64,000 bases of DNA from an uncultured Gemmatimonadaceae bacterium (GTDB taxonomy: Bacteria; Gemmatimonadota; Gemmatimonadetes; Gemmatimonadales; Gemmatimonadaceae): NCBI GenBank assembly GCA_963790305.1, contig CAWBOC010000007.1:214525-278524 (forward strand), given 5' to 3'. The position numbers and the translations under genes were made by a program. The notes under the pieces are model-generated. The model was not told the origin of the DNA and made no database searches. It worked only from the letters and a program-made list of their open reading frames with translations. Of the stretch, positions 37,121 through 46,530 are shown piece by piece (the stretch's first letter is position 1; each line of letters opens with the position of its first letter).

Positions 37121-40100
37121 GTCGAGGCGGTCGAGGTCGTCCAGGTCGTCGAGGTGATCGAGGGAACGTCGCCTCGATTACCTCGACGACCTCGACGACC
37201 TCGAGCACCTCTTGCTACTCCGAGCTCCGCACCCACACCGGCTTCTCGTTCGGCGACGGCGCCACCACCCCCGAGCGGCTCGTTATGCGCGCCCGGCAGC
37301 TCGGCTACACCAGTCTCGGCATCACGGATACCACGGACCTCGGAGCGGTGCCTCGGTTCGTGACCGAGGCGCGGACGATCGCCAAGGATCCCGACTGTCG
37401 TCGCGCCGCGAGCCACGCCGACGAGCCCTGCCCCATCTGCGAGCGGCCGCTGCGGCCGATCGTTGGGGCGGAGCTCATCGTCGACGGCTATCCCGCCGCC
37501 TTTCTCGTTCGCGATGAGCGCGGCTGTCGCAATTTGGCCGCGCTGCTCACCTGTGCTCGCGTCGGCAGATGGGAGGAGTGGGAGAAAGCGGCGCAGGGAA
37601 AGCGGCGCGGGCATCCACAGGTAACGTGGGAGCAGCTCGCCGCTCGCAGCGACGGGCTGCACGCGCTCACCGGGCCGGCGTCTGGGGAGATCGCGTCACT
37701 CTTACGCGCCGGCGATGAAGCGGGAGCCGAGCGCGCGCTCGACAGATGGCGCGACGTCTTTGGCGCTCGGATCGCGATCGAAGCTCAACTCCATCACGTC
37801 GGCGGATCCGAAGCGATGCTCGCCGGGTCATTGATCGAGCTCGCCGAGCGTCGTGGAGTCCCGTGGGTCGTCGCGCACGATCCGCGCTACCTCGACGACA
37901 CGGGACGGCTCGTTCACGACATGCTCACGGCGCTTCGTCACGAGATGGATCTGTCGACGGCCGCCGAGCGCGGCGTCTTGCGACCTAACGGGGAATGGCG
38001 ATTGATCGCGCCCGCGCAGATGGCGCGCCGGTGGCGAGGCCGAGCGGAAGGGCTGCGCGAGAGCCAGCGGATCGCCGAGGAATGTGAATTCGATCTGCGA
38101 TGGATGCGTCCGCCGCTTCCGCACTACCCCGTCCCGGAGCGTAACGACGACGACTCGTATCTCCGCGAGCAGACCTACGCCGGAGCACACGAGCGGTGGG
38201 GCACCACGCTTTCCGACGCACAGACGCATCAGCTCGAGCACGAGCTCGCCCTCATCAAGCAGCTCGGCTTCGCTGGATTCTTTCTCGTCATGTGGGACGC
38301 CATGCAGTTCGCCCGTGAACGCGGAATCCTCTCCCAGGGACGCGGCAGCGCCGCCAACTCGGCGGTCGCGTACTGCCTCGGCATCACCGCCGTCGACCCC
38401 GTCAAACATGGCCTGCTGTTCGAGCGCTTTCTCTCCGAGATCCGCGCGGAGGGGGGCGCTGAAGCGCCGGACATTGACGTGGACATTGAGCACGACCGGC
38501 GCGAGGAGGTGCTCGACTACGTCTATGCGCGCTACGACCGCGCGCACGCCGCCATCGCCTGCATCGTCCAGACGTACCGCGCGCCCAACGCCGCGCAGGA
38601 CGCGATGCGGGCGTTAGGCTACCCGCCGGAGATGATGTTCGCGATCTCGAAGCGCGTGCACCATCACGAGCCGGCGGCCGGCGCCGAGTACATTCGCGAG
38701 AGCGCCGCGGCGCGCGCGGGAGTCGACATCACTGACCAGCGCGGCCGCACCCTGCTTGCGGCAATGGCCGGCTTCGAGGGACTTCCCCGGCTTCGAGCGA
38801 CCCACGTCGGGGGCTTCGTCCTCTCCTCCGCCCCACTCGGCGACTACCTGCCGATCGAGCAGACGACGATGGGGCGGACGATCGTGCAGTTCGACAAGGA
38901 TGATCTCGACGCGGTCGGCGCGCCGAAGTTCGACTTCCTGGGGCTGGGGGCGCTGTCGCAGGTGCGCCGCGCGTTCGACGTCATTGAGCGGCGGACCGGC
39001 ACGCGTCCCGAGATGTATCGGCTGCCGCAGGATGATGCGAAGAGCTACGACCTGATCGCGCGCGGCGAGACGATCGGGATGTTCCAGATCGAGAGTCGCG
39101 CGCAGATCGCATCGATCCTGCACACGCGTCCGGCATACCTGTACGATCTCGTGGTGCAGGTCGCGCTCATTCGGCCCGGGCCGATCCAGGCGAAGTTCGT
39201 TCACCCCTACACACAGCGGCGCCTCGGTCTCGAGAAAGTCGTGTACGCGCACCCGGCGCTCGAGCCGATTCTCCGGCGCACCCAAGGCATTCCGATCTTC
39301 CAGGAGCAGGCGATGGCGATCGCCATGGCGCTCGGCGGCTACACGGGCTCCGAGGCGGACGAGCTGCGGCGCACGATGGGGAACCAGCGAAAGAAGGATC
39401 GTCTGCTTCGATCGCTGCAGCGGCTGGCGCATCGCCTCGTCGAGCACCAGATCGACGAGCGCATCGCATTGAAGATCTGCGAGGACCTGCAGAGCTTCGC
39501 GAATTACGGCTTTCCCGAATCACATGCCTGGAGCTTCGCGCTCATCGCGTACGCGACCGCCTGGCTCAAAGCGCACTATCCAGCGGAATTCTATGCCGGC
39601 TTGTTGAACTCGTGGCCGATGGGATTCTATCCCGTCTCGACGCTCATCCACGACGCGCGACGCCATGGAGTCGAGGTGCGGCCCGCCTGTCTTCGCGATG
39701 GCGATTGGGAATGCACGGTGGAAGAGACCGGCCAGCCCGACCGGCCGGCCATGCGCATCGGATGGCGGCACATCCGCAACGTGGGGACGAAGCTGCTCGA
39801 TGCGCTACGCGCGAGTCGCAGCGATTCCCCCTGGACCTCGATCGCCGATGTCGTCAGGCGCACCCGACTCATTCGCAGTGATGCGCTGTCGCTGGCACGC
39901 GCGGGCGCATTCGGCGCCTGGGAGCCCGACCGGCGCCGCGCCGCCTGGCAGGCACTGCACGCCGTGGGAGACGTGCTTCCGCTCGCCCCAGCGCGGATGA
40001 CATCACACGATCCGCCGCCCCTGGACCCGTTGCAGCTCATCTTTCTCGACTATACGACGACAGGGTCGAGCATCCATGGGCATCCCATGCAGGCGCTGCG

Positions 40101-40440
40101 CGACAAGCTACGCCGCTGGGGCGCGATCGACAGCAAGGGTCTCGAGAAAGCTCGAAGTGGTGAGCGCATCATCGTGGGCGGGCTGGTCACGGTGCGTCAG
40201 CGCCCGGAGACGGCGAACGGGACGATCTTCCTGCTCCTGGAAGACGAGCACGGCTTCATCAACGTGATCGTTCCGCATCAGCTCGTCGAGGCCAACGTCG
40301 AGGTAGTCAAGAACGCGACGTTCATTCTGGTGCTGGGCCGATTCGAGCGCGATGGCCAGGTGATGAACGTCGTGGGGCAGAAGTTCGCGACGCTGGAGGT
40401 AGCGGGAGAACTAGTTCATCGCTCACACGACTTCCATTGA
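37117..40440 (+). CDS. dnaE2: error-prone DNA polymerase DnaE2
   Basis: Y.EL.TH..FSF.DG, GRGSAANS, PDIDVDIEH.RREEV, FPESHA, PMGFY, C-terminal RSHDFH; TTG at 37117 overlaps the imuB TGA. Confidence 0.92.
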   Translation: MSRGGRGRPGRRGDRGNVASITSTTSTTSSTSCYSELRTHTGFSFGDGATTPERLVMRARQLGYTSLGITDTTDLGAVPRFVTEARTIAKDPDCRRAASHADEPCPICERPLRPIVGAELIVDGYPAAFLVRDERGCRNLAALLTCARVGRWEEWEKAAQGKRRGHPQVTWEQLAARSDGLHALTGPASGEIASLLRAGDEAGAERALDRWRDVFGARIAIEAQLHHVGGSEAMLAGSLIELAERRGVPWVVAHDPRYLDDTGRLVHDMLTALRHEMDLSTAAERGVLRPNGEWRLIAPAQMARRWRGRAEGLRESQRIAEECEFDLRWMRPPLPHYPVPERNDDDSYLREQTYAGAHERWGTTLSDAQTHQLEHELALIKQLGFAGFFLVMWDAMQFARERGILSQGRGSAANSAVAYCLGITAVDPVKHGLLFERFLSEIRAEGGAEAPDIDVDIEHDRREEVLDYVYARYDRAHAAIACIVQTYRAPNAAQDAMRALGYPPEMMFAISKRVHHHEPAAGAEYIRESAAARAGVDITDQRGRTLLAAMAGFEGLPRLRATHVGGFVLSSAPLGDYLPIEQTTMGRTIVQFDKDDLDAVGAPKFDFLGLGALSQVRRAFDVIERRTGTRPEMYRLPQDDAKSYDLIARGETIGMFQIESRAQIASILHTRPAYLYDLVVQVALIRPGPIQAKFVHPYTQRRLGLEKVVYAHPALEPILRRTQGIPIFQEQAMAIAMALGGYTGSEADELRRTMGNQRKKDRLLRSLQRLAHRLVEHQIDERIALKICEDLQSFANYGFPESHAWSFALIAYATAWLKAHYPAEFYAGLLNSWPMGFYPVSTLIHDARRHGVEVRPACLRDGDWECTVEETGQPDRPAMRIGWRHIRNVGTKLLDALRASRSDSPWTSIADVVRRTRLIRSDALSLARAGAFGAWEPDRRRAAWQALHAVGDVLPLAPARMTSHDPPPLDPLQLIFLDYTTTGSSIHGHPMQALRDKLRRWGAIDSKGLEKARSGERIIVGGLVTVRQRPETANGTIFLLLEDEHGFINVIVPHQLVEANVEVVKNATFILVLGRFERDGQVMNVVGQKFATLEVAGELVHRSHDFH
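37121..37211. repeat. family A hairpin in frame within the dnaE2 5' end
   Basis: (GTCGAGGTC)n..(CCTCGACGA)n with no in-frame stop. Confidence 0.85.
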
Positions 40441-40483
40441 AGGACCACGTTGATTCCCGGCCCCTCTGCGCCCATTGTGAAGC

Positions 40484-41167
40484 ATGGCGACTCGTTCGCA
40501 CGACATCTCCGCTTCCTCCACGCGCAGCGACGTTCCCGAGCCGCCGGCACCTGCGCTCGCGTCGCTGTGGGCGAATCATCCCGGGCTGCTGCTCACCGCC
40601 TCCTATCTGATCATCACCGTGATCGGCCTGGTGTACGACGCGCGCCTGTACGCCGAGTTCCGGATCAACATCGCCGAGTACGCGGAAACGAGCGATTTCC
40701 TGCTCGCGGCCGCGCGGGCGCCGCTCATCATCCTCCTGAGCCTGTTGCCGTTGCCGCTCTTGCTCGTGGTGGCGTGGATCGACCGATGGTCGAGGCGCCG
40801 ATTCCCACGTTACGCGGCCCTTTCGCGCCGCTCCGAACAGGCGATGGGCGGCGAGCGACGAGCGCGATTCATGTCGCGGGCGGTCTTCGTCGCCACGTAT
40901 GCGCTCCTCTTCATGATGATGTACGCCGAGCGCGTCGCGGACGACATCAAGGGTGGGAGCGGCCGGCGCGTGGAGGTCGAGCTCGTCGACGGCGAGCCCG
41001 GGCCAGGCGAGCTTCCCATTCTGCTCGGCACCACGGCCAAGTTCGTGTTCCTGTATTACCCGACCGCGCGGCGCACGCACGTCGTGCCGGCCGAGAACAT
41101 TGCGAGGATCGTCGTGAATTCCACGCGCCGGGGTGACTCCGCGCGCGTGGAGTCCCCGCCGGAATGA
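40484..41167 (+). CDS. membrane protein of unknown function
   Basis: three TM helices and a C-terminal beta-rich tail. Confidence 0.65.
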   Translation: MATRSHDISASSTRSDVPEPPAPALASLWANHPGLLLTASYLIITVIGLVYDARLYAEFRINIAEYAETSDFLLAAARAPLIILLSLLPLPLLLVVAWIDRWSRRRFPRYAALSRRSEQAMGGERRARFMSRAVFVATYALLFMMMYAERVADDIKGGSGRRVEVELVDGEPGPGELPILLGTTAKFVFLYYPTARRTHVVPAENIARIVVNSTRRGDSARVESPPE

Positions 41168-41251
41168 AGGACGTCGCGTCGCCACCCATCCTTCGTTCGC
41201 TGCTGTGGACCCGGCGAGATCGACTCTCGGTGGGAACGAGTGACTTAGGAA

Positions 41252-41375
41252 CTAGGGGTCAGGAGTCAGGGATCAGGGGGGTCAGGGAATGGGTGACAGG
41301 AGAACGGCTCGCGCGACCCCTGAACCCTCTTCCCTGACACCCCCTGATCCCCGACTCCTGACTCCTGACCCCTAG
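41252..41375. repeat. inverted 7-mer tandem repeat hairpin, family D (GGAGTCA)n..(TGACTCC)n
   Basis: CTAGGGGTCAGGAGTCAGG...CCTGACTCCTGACCCCTAG; overlaps the 3' end of the Reeler-like gene. Confidence 0.85.
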
Positions 41376-41916
41376 TCGTCCACGATCTCAAGATGATCAC
41401 GTCCCCCAACATGGAGTCGTCATCGTTCGCCGAGTTCGCCGCGACGTGAAAGATCACCGTTCCCACATCCTCGCCCGGCGCCTGCCACCTCAGGCGCCAC
41501 TGGAGCGAATCCGCGCTCCTCGCTCCGGCGTGGGACGCGTACTGCACGCCGGTCGCGGTGTCGGCGACGACATTGACGCGCGGACTCGTCGCGCACAGGG
41601 TGCCCGCCTGAGTACCAGCGTGCGCACCGGCGGCGACGCGCGCCGCGAGCTGAAACCCACCGGCGCGGGCCGTCGAATCGCGGATCGACACCTCGAGATC
41701 GTAGACGGCACCAGGCTGATACCGCTCGGGCACGCCACCTAACGACAGCATCTCGGGCGGCCGCGCCGGGCCGTCAAAATGACATTCCCGGCAGCTCGGC
41801 TCGCCGAACCCGCCGGTGTGAGCGAGCGGCGGGCGCGCGTCGTATGCCGCGCGCGCCGCCGTCACCAGCACCGCCGTCAGCAGAACGCTTATCGCGATCG
41901 CGACGCGGTGCCTCAC
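41266..41916 (-). CDS. secreted Reeler / choice-of-anchor V domain protein
   Basis: HTGGFGEPSCRECH, GGFQL, W..RWQAP, AANSAN.D. Confidence 0.7.
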   Translation of the reverse strand: MRHRVAIAISVLLTAVLVTAARAAYDARPPLAHTGGFGEPSCRECHFDGPARPPEMLSLGGVPERYQPGAVYDLEVSIRDSTARAGGFQLAARVAAGAHAGTQAGTLCATSPRVNVVADTATGVQYASHAGARSADSLQWRLRWQAPGEDVGTVIFHVAANSANDDDSMLGDVIILRSWTTRGQESGVGDQGVSGKRVQGSREPFSCHPFPDPPDP

Positions 41917-42920
41917 GAGCCGAGTCGTGCCCGTCCGATCGTGCCCGCGTCGGTGCCGAACCAGATGGACTTCGTCGGCGCGTGATAGATCATGTGGCGC
42001 ACGGTGTTGCGGCTGGCACCGTTGCTCGGGATCGCCGTCGTGCTCACGACCTTCTTCGTTTTGGCATCGAACGCAACGAGCTGGTTGGGCACCACGCCGG
42101 ACTCGACGTACCAGATGCGATCGCGATCATCGATCGCCATCGCGTACGGCCGTGAGCTCGCGCCCGACGCCGCCACCCACTCCTCCGCCTTGCCGCTCGC
42201 AGGGTCGAGTCGCCCGACGAAGCCACGCGCATAGTCCACGTACCAGACGGCGCCGTCGGACGTCTGGCCGATCCGACGCCCCCGGGCTCCGGCGTTGGGG
42301 AGGTCGTACTCGCGCAACGTCATGGTCGCGGGGTCGACGGTGCCGATCTTGTTGGTGCCGAATTCGTTGAACCAGGGACGTCCCTGCCCATCGACTACGA
42401 TGCCGTAGGGCCGCGCGCCCGACCCCGGGACCTTCACCAGCTTTACCGATTCATCGGCCATCGCGAGCTTGCCGACGTATCCGCCCCCCTGCACGGTGAA
42501 CCAGATGTCGCCTTTGGGGTCGAACACCAGGGTGTGGGGATCGCGGGCGCCCGAGTCGGGCATCGCGATCTTTCGGATTGCCTTCGTCGACGGGTCGAGC
42601 CGACCGATATGGGAAGCCCGGTTGCCGGCGTACCAGACGATGCCGCTCTTGTCGACGATGAGATTGTGAGGGCCAGCGCCCTTGTCGAGGTCGTACTTCG
42701 TGAATTGGCCGGACTGCGGATCGAGCATCGCCACGTAGTCGCCGACCTGGCCGACGAACCAGACGCGGCCCTTCGCGTCAACGTAGGGATCGCGGGGTCG
42801 CGAATCGGCCCAGGGGACGTTCCATTCACGAATCTCCACGACCTGCTGTGCGACCGCGTCGGCCGCGGACGTCATCGAAAGAAGCACGGGTGTCACGAAG
42901 AGAATCGCCAAGGCACGCAT
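41913..42920 (-). CDS. secreted Vgb-family beta-propeller (lyase-like)
   Basis: repeated P..I..D..G..WF blades; signal peptide; GGAGG RBS. Confidence 0.8.
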   Translation of the reverse strand: MRALAILFVTPVLLSMTSAADAVAQQVVEIREWNVPWADSRPRDPYVDAKGRVWFVGQVGDYVAMLDPQSGQFTKYDLDKGAGPHNLIVDKSGIVWYAGNRASHIGRLDPSTKAIRKIAMPDSGARDPHTLVFDPKGDIWFTVQGGGYVGKLAMADESVKLVKVPGSGARPYGIVVDGQGRPWFNEFGTNKIGTVDPATMTLREYDLPNAGARGRRIGQTSDGAVWYVDYARGFVGRLDPASGKAEEWVAASGASSRPYAMAIDDRDRIWYVESGVVPNQLVAFDAKTKKVVSTTAIPSNGASRNTVRHMIYHAPTKSIWFGTDAGTIGRARLGS

Positions 42921-43137
42921 GAAGTACCTCCAACGCGTGGGGGGAGTGAGGTTGGGGGAAGGTCGAGTTCGCAGTGTCTGTCGCCGATGTCCCAAACATT
43001 ATTCTACGCACGAGGGGGCTGGCGCGCTGAAAGCGCGGAAGTCCCACCGGTTTCTTACAATACGTCCATGGATACCGGGTGCGTCACCTCGGTCCTCGGC
43101 GTAAGATTTCGAGAGCCTCTCCTGGGAGATCCGCACG

Positions 43138-44229
43138 ATGATCGCTGTGGGGCGCACGCTGTCGCTAGTCGCCGGCGCGGCGGTGGCGTTTGCCGTCTCG
43201 TCGAACGCACAGACCATGTCGTTCGAGGAGTACGACCCGCCGTCCTCGCTGGTCGTTCCCGCGCATCGGGTAACGCGGGCGAAGTATCCATTCATCGACG
43301 TCCACAGCCACCAGTCGCTATCGGCTGACTATCAGCGCCTGTCGCGCGAGATGGACGCCATGAACATGCGTGCGATGGTCAACCTCAGCGGCCGCAGCGG
43401 CGAGGCGCTCGCCACGGCCGTACGCAGTGCCCAGAGCGCCGTGCCGGGACGATTCGTCTTCTTCGCCAACCTCCAGTTCTCCGGCATCGATGATCCGCAG
43501 TGGGGCGCGAACGCGGCGGCCCAGCTCGAGCGCGACGTCAAAGCCGGCGCTCGCGGGCTCAAGATCTTCAAGAATCTCGGCCTCGACCTGAAGGATCGCT
43601 CGGGCAAGCGCGTCCCGGTGGACGATCCACGTCTCGACCCCGTGTGGCGCAAGGCGGGCGAGCTTCGCATCCCCGTGCTCATCCACACCGCCGAGCCGCG
43701 CCAGTTCTTCGAGCCTCACGACAAGACCAACGAGCGCTGGCTCGAGCTCAAGGAGCGGCCCGAGCGCGCGCGTCCGCCAGGCGAGTACCCGTCCTGGGCG
43801 ACGATCATCGCCGAGCAGCACCGCCTCTTCCGCAAGCATCCGCGCACCCTCTTCATCAACGCCCACCTCGGCTGGCTCGGCGGGGATCTCGCGCACCTCG
43901 GTGCGCTCATGGACTCCCTGCCCAACATGTACACGGAGATCGGCGCAGTGCTCGCCGAGCTCGGCCGTCAGCCCCGGTTCGCGAGGCAGTTCCTGACGAA
44001 GTACCAGGACCGCGTGCTCTTCGGAAAGGACAGCTACGAGCCCACCGAGTACCACACGTACTTCCGCGTGCTCGAGACGGCGGACGAATACTTCGATTAT
44101 TACCGCCGGCGTCACGCGTTCTGGAAGATGTACGGGCTCGACCTGCCTGACGAGGTCCTCAAGAAGATCTACTACAAGAACGCGTTGCGAATCATCCCGG
44201 GGCTCGACGCCTCGGCGTTTCCGCCCTGA
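43138..44229 (+). CDS. secreted amidohydrolase family protein
   Basis: IDVHSH, GLKIFK, LIHTAEP, NAH.G, FGKD. Confidence 0.85.
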   Translation: MIAVGRTLSLVAGAAVAFAVSSNAQTMSFEEYDPPSSLVVPAHRVTRAKYPFIDVHSHQSLSADYQRLSREMDAMNMRAMVNLSGRSGEALATAVRSAQSAVPGRFVFFANLQFSGIDDPQWGANAAAQLERDVKAGARGLKIFKNLGLDLKDRSGKRVPVDDPRLDPVWRKAGELRIPVLIHTAEPRQFFEPHDKTNERWLELKERPERARPPGEYPSWATIIAEQHRLFRKHPRTLFINAHLGWLGGDLAHLGALMDSLPNMYTEIGAVLAELGRQPRFARQFLTKYQDRVLFGKDSYEPTEYHTYFRVLETADEYFDYYRRRHAFWKMYGLDLPDEVLKKIYYKNALRIIPGLDASAFPP

Positions 44230-44244
44230 GGACGCACGCACCCG

Positions 44245-46530
44245 ATGGACGCCTTCGTCCAGACCTTTTTCAAGTATCGCCCGGTAGTGTACGAGCGAGG
44301 GGATTTCGTGCTCGCCGCTCCATGGCCGATGCTGATCGTCGTCGCCGTCGCGGCGATCGGCCTCGTCCTCGCGTGGGCATATCGTCGCGCCCGCGGGAAG
44401 AGCACCCCTCGTGATCGCGCGGTGCTGACCGCTGTGCGCGTCGCGATCGTCGCCCTGGCTGGCTTTGCGCTGCTCCGCCCTGCGTTGCTGGTGTCGACTG
44501 CCGTTCCCCAGAAGAACGCGGTGGCCATCCTGATTGACGATTCGCGCAGCATGCGCATTCCCGATGCGGACGGTCACGCACGCGCCGACGTCGCCCAGCG
44601 CCTCTTCGGCACGCGCGACAGCGCGCTCGCCCGGGCGCTCGGAGACCGCTTTCAGCTTCGCTACTTCAGCTTTTCGTCAGCCGCCGAGCCGATTCCCGAT
44701 GCGCGGGGGATGACCTTCGCGGGTGGGCGCACGCATCTCGGCGCCGCGCTCGACCGCGCGCGCCAGGAGCTCTCGACGGTTCCGCTCGCGGGGCTGGTCG
44801 TGATTACCGACGGTGCCGACAACTCCGCGAGCGCGCTTGCCGAGCCGCTTCTGGCGCTCAAGGCGCGCGGCCTTCCGGTGTACACGATCGGCGTTGGCTC
44901 TCCGCGCTTCGAGCGCGACATCGAGATCACGCGCGTCGAAGTGCCGCATACGGCGCTTCGCGGCACGGCGCTCGTCGCCAACGTCGTCGTGGCACAGCGC
45001 GGGTTTGCCGGGCGGAAAGTGAAGCTTCTTGCCGAGGACGCGGGCCGCATTGTCGCCTCGCAGGACGTGACGCTGCGCGGTGACGGCGAGGAATCGCCGG
45101 TCCGCATGCGCGTCGTGACGCAGGAAACGGGGCCGCGTCAGCTGCGATTCCGTATCGCGCGTGAGGACGGTGAGCTCATCGCCGAGAACAATGCGCGCGA
45201 GGCGCTGGTCACGGTGACCGATCGCGCCGAGAAGGTGTTGTACGTGGAGGGCGAGCCGCGCTTCGAGCTCAAGTTCATGCGCCGAGCCATTCGCGAGGAC
45301 CAGAACCTTCGCCTCGTCGCGCTGCAGCGCACGGCCGAGAACAAGTTCCTTCGCCTCGGGGTGGCGGACAGCCTCGAGCTCGTGGCGGGTTTTCCCAAAA
45401 CGCGCGAAGACCTGTTCACCTATCGCGCCGTCATCCTCGGCAGCGTCGAAGCGGCATTCTTCACCCTCGAGCAGATGCGAATGCTCGCTGACTTCGTCGG
45501 CGAGCGCGGCGGCGGCCTGCTCCTGCTCGGCGGTCGACGCGCCTTCGCGGAAGGTGGCTACGCCGACACGCCGCTCGCCGACGTGATGCCGGTGGAAGTC
45601 ACGCGATCCGATGAAAATGGCGAGGAATACTTCGCCGAGCTCCAGATCTCGCCGACGCCTGCCGGTGCGATGCATCCGGCGACGCAGCTCGGCGCGAGCG
45701 AGCAGGCGTCGCTCGAGCGGTGGAAGACGATGCCCGCGTTGACGACGGTGAACCGCATCGGACGCGCGAAGCCCGGTGCCACGGCGCTTCTTCTCGGGCA
45801 GACGGTCTCGGGCGGTGGTGGAGAGCGACAGATCGTGCTGGCGCATCATCGCTATGGACGCGGGAAGGCCATCGCCTTCCCGGTGCAGGATTCGTGGGTA
45901 TGGCAGATGCACGCGACCATGGCGGTCGACGACGCGACACACGAGACGTTCTGGCGGCAGATGCTGCGCTGGCTCGTGAGTGAGGTGCCGGAGCGCGTGA
46001 CGATGACGGCGCCCGATCACGTCGCTCCGGGCGAGGTCGTCGCGGTACGCGCGCAAGTCAACAACGAGAGCTTTCTCGCCGTGAATGGCGCAGCGGTGAG
46101 CGCGAGCGTGCTCGGGCCGAACGGAGAGCCGCTCGAGGTCCCGTTCGAGTGGATGGTCGACAAGGACGGTGAATATCGCGGGAGCTTCACCGCGAGCGAG
46201 CCCGGCCTCTATCGCATGCGGGTCAGTGCTCGAGTCGGTGACAGCGTCATCACCGGCGGCGAGGAATACATCGTCGCGCACGACATTCAGCAGGAGATGT
46301 TCGGCGCCGCGCAGCGTCCCGCGTTGCTCGAGCGTATCGCGCGCGAGACCGGGGGTCGGTACTACACGCCCGAGACCGCCGACGCTCTCGCGCGAGACAT
46401 GATGTATACCAGCAGCGGGACGACCGTCACCGAGCAGCTGGACCTGTGGGACACGCCGGCGATGTTCGTCGCGCTCCTCGGTCTCATCGCTGCGGAATGG
46501 TTGTTGAGGCGCAAGCGGGGGCTGGCGTGA
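44245..46530 (+). CDS. membrane vWA + GATase1-like domain protein
   Basis: DDSRSM MIDAS, TDG, GGGLLLLGG, YGRGK, EW.LRRK.GL. Confidence 0.8.
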   Translation: MDAFVQTFFKYRPVVYERGDFVLAAPWPMLIVVAVAAIGLVLAWAYRRARGKSTPRDRAVLTAVRVAIVALAGFALLRPALLVSTAVPQKNAVAILIDDSRSMRIPDADGHARADVAQRLFGTRDSALARALGDRFQLRYFSFSSAAEPIPDARGMTFAGGRTHLGAALDRARQELSTVPLAGLVVITDGADNSASALAEPLLALKARGLPVYTIGVGSPRFERDIEITRVEVPHTALRGTALVANVVVAQRGFAGRKVKLLAEDAGRIVASQDVTLRGDGEESPVRMRVVTQETGPRQLRFRIAREDGELIAENNAREALVTVTDRAEKVLYVEGEPRFELKFMRRAIREDQNLRLVALQRTAENKFLRLGVADSLELVAGFPKTREDLFTYRAVILGSVEAAFFTLEQMRMLADFVGERGGGLLLLGGRRAFAEGGYADTPLADVMPVEVTRSDENGEEYFAELQISPTPAGAMHPATQLGASEQASLERWKTMPALTTVNRIGRAKPGATALLLGQTVSGGGGERQIVLAHHRYGRGKAIAFPVQDSWVWQMHATMAVDDATHETFWRQMLRWLVSEVPERVTMTAPDHVAPGEVVAVRAQVNNESFLAVNGAAVSASVLGPNGEPLEVPFEWMVDKDGEYRGSFTASEPGLYRMRVSARVGDSVITGGEEYIVAHDIQQEMFGAAQRPALLERIARETGGRYYTPETADALARDMMYTSSGTTVTEQLDLWDTPAMFVALLGLIAAEWLLRRKRGLA

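Noticed and set aside
2103..38618. Scattered GTTAGGC words as attC sites
   Set aside because: No matching RYYYAAC or L boxes, and most lie inside CDSs; treated as an over-represented motif instead.
41913..42920. Streptogramin resistance gene vgb
   Set aside because: Signal peptide and generic propeller repeats; the family is widespread without a known resistance role.
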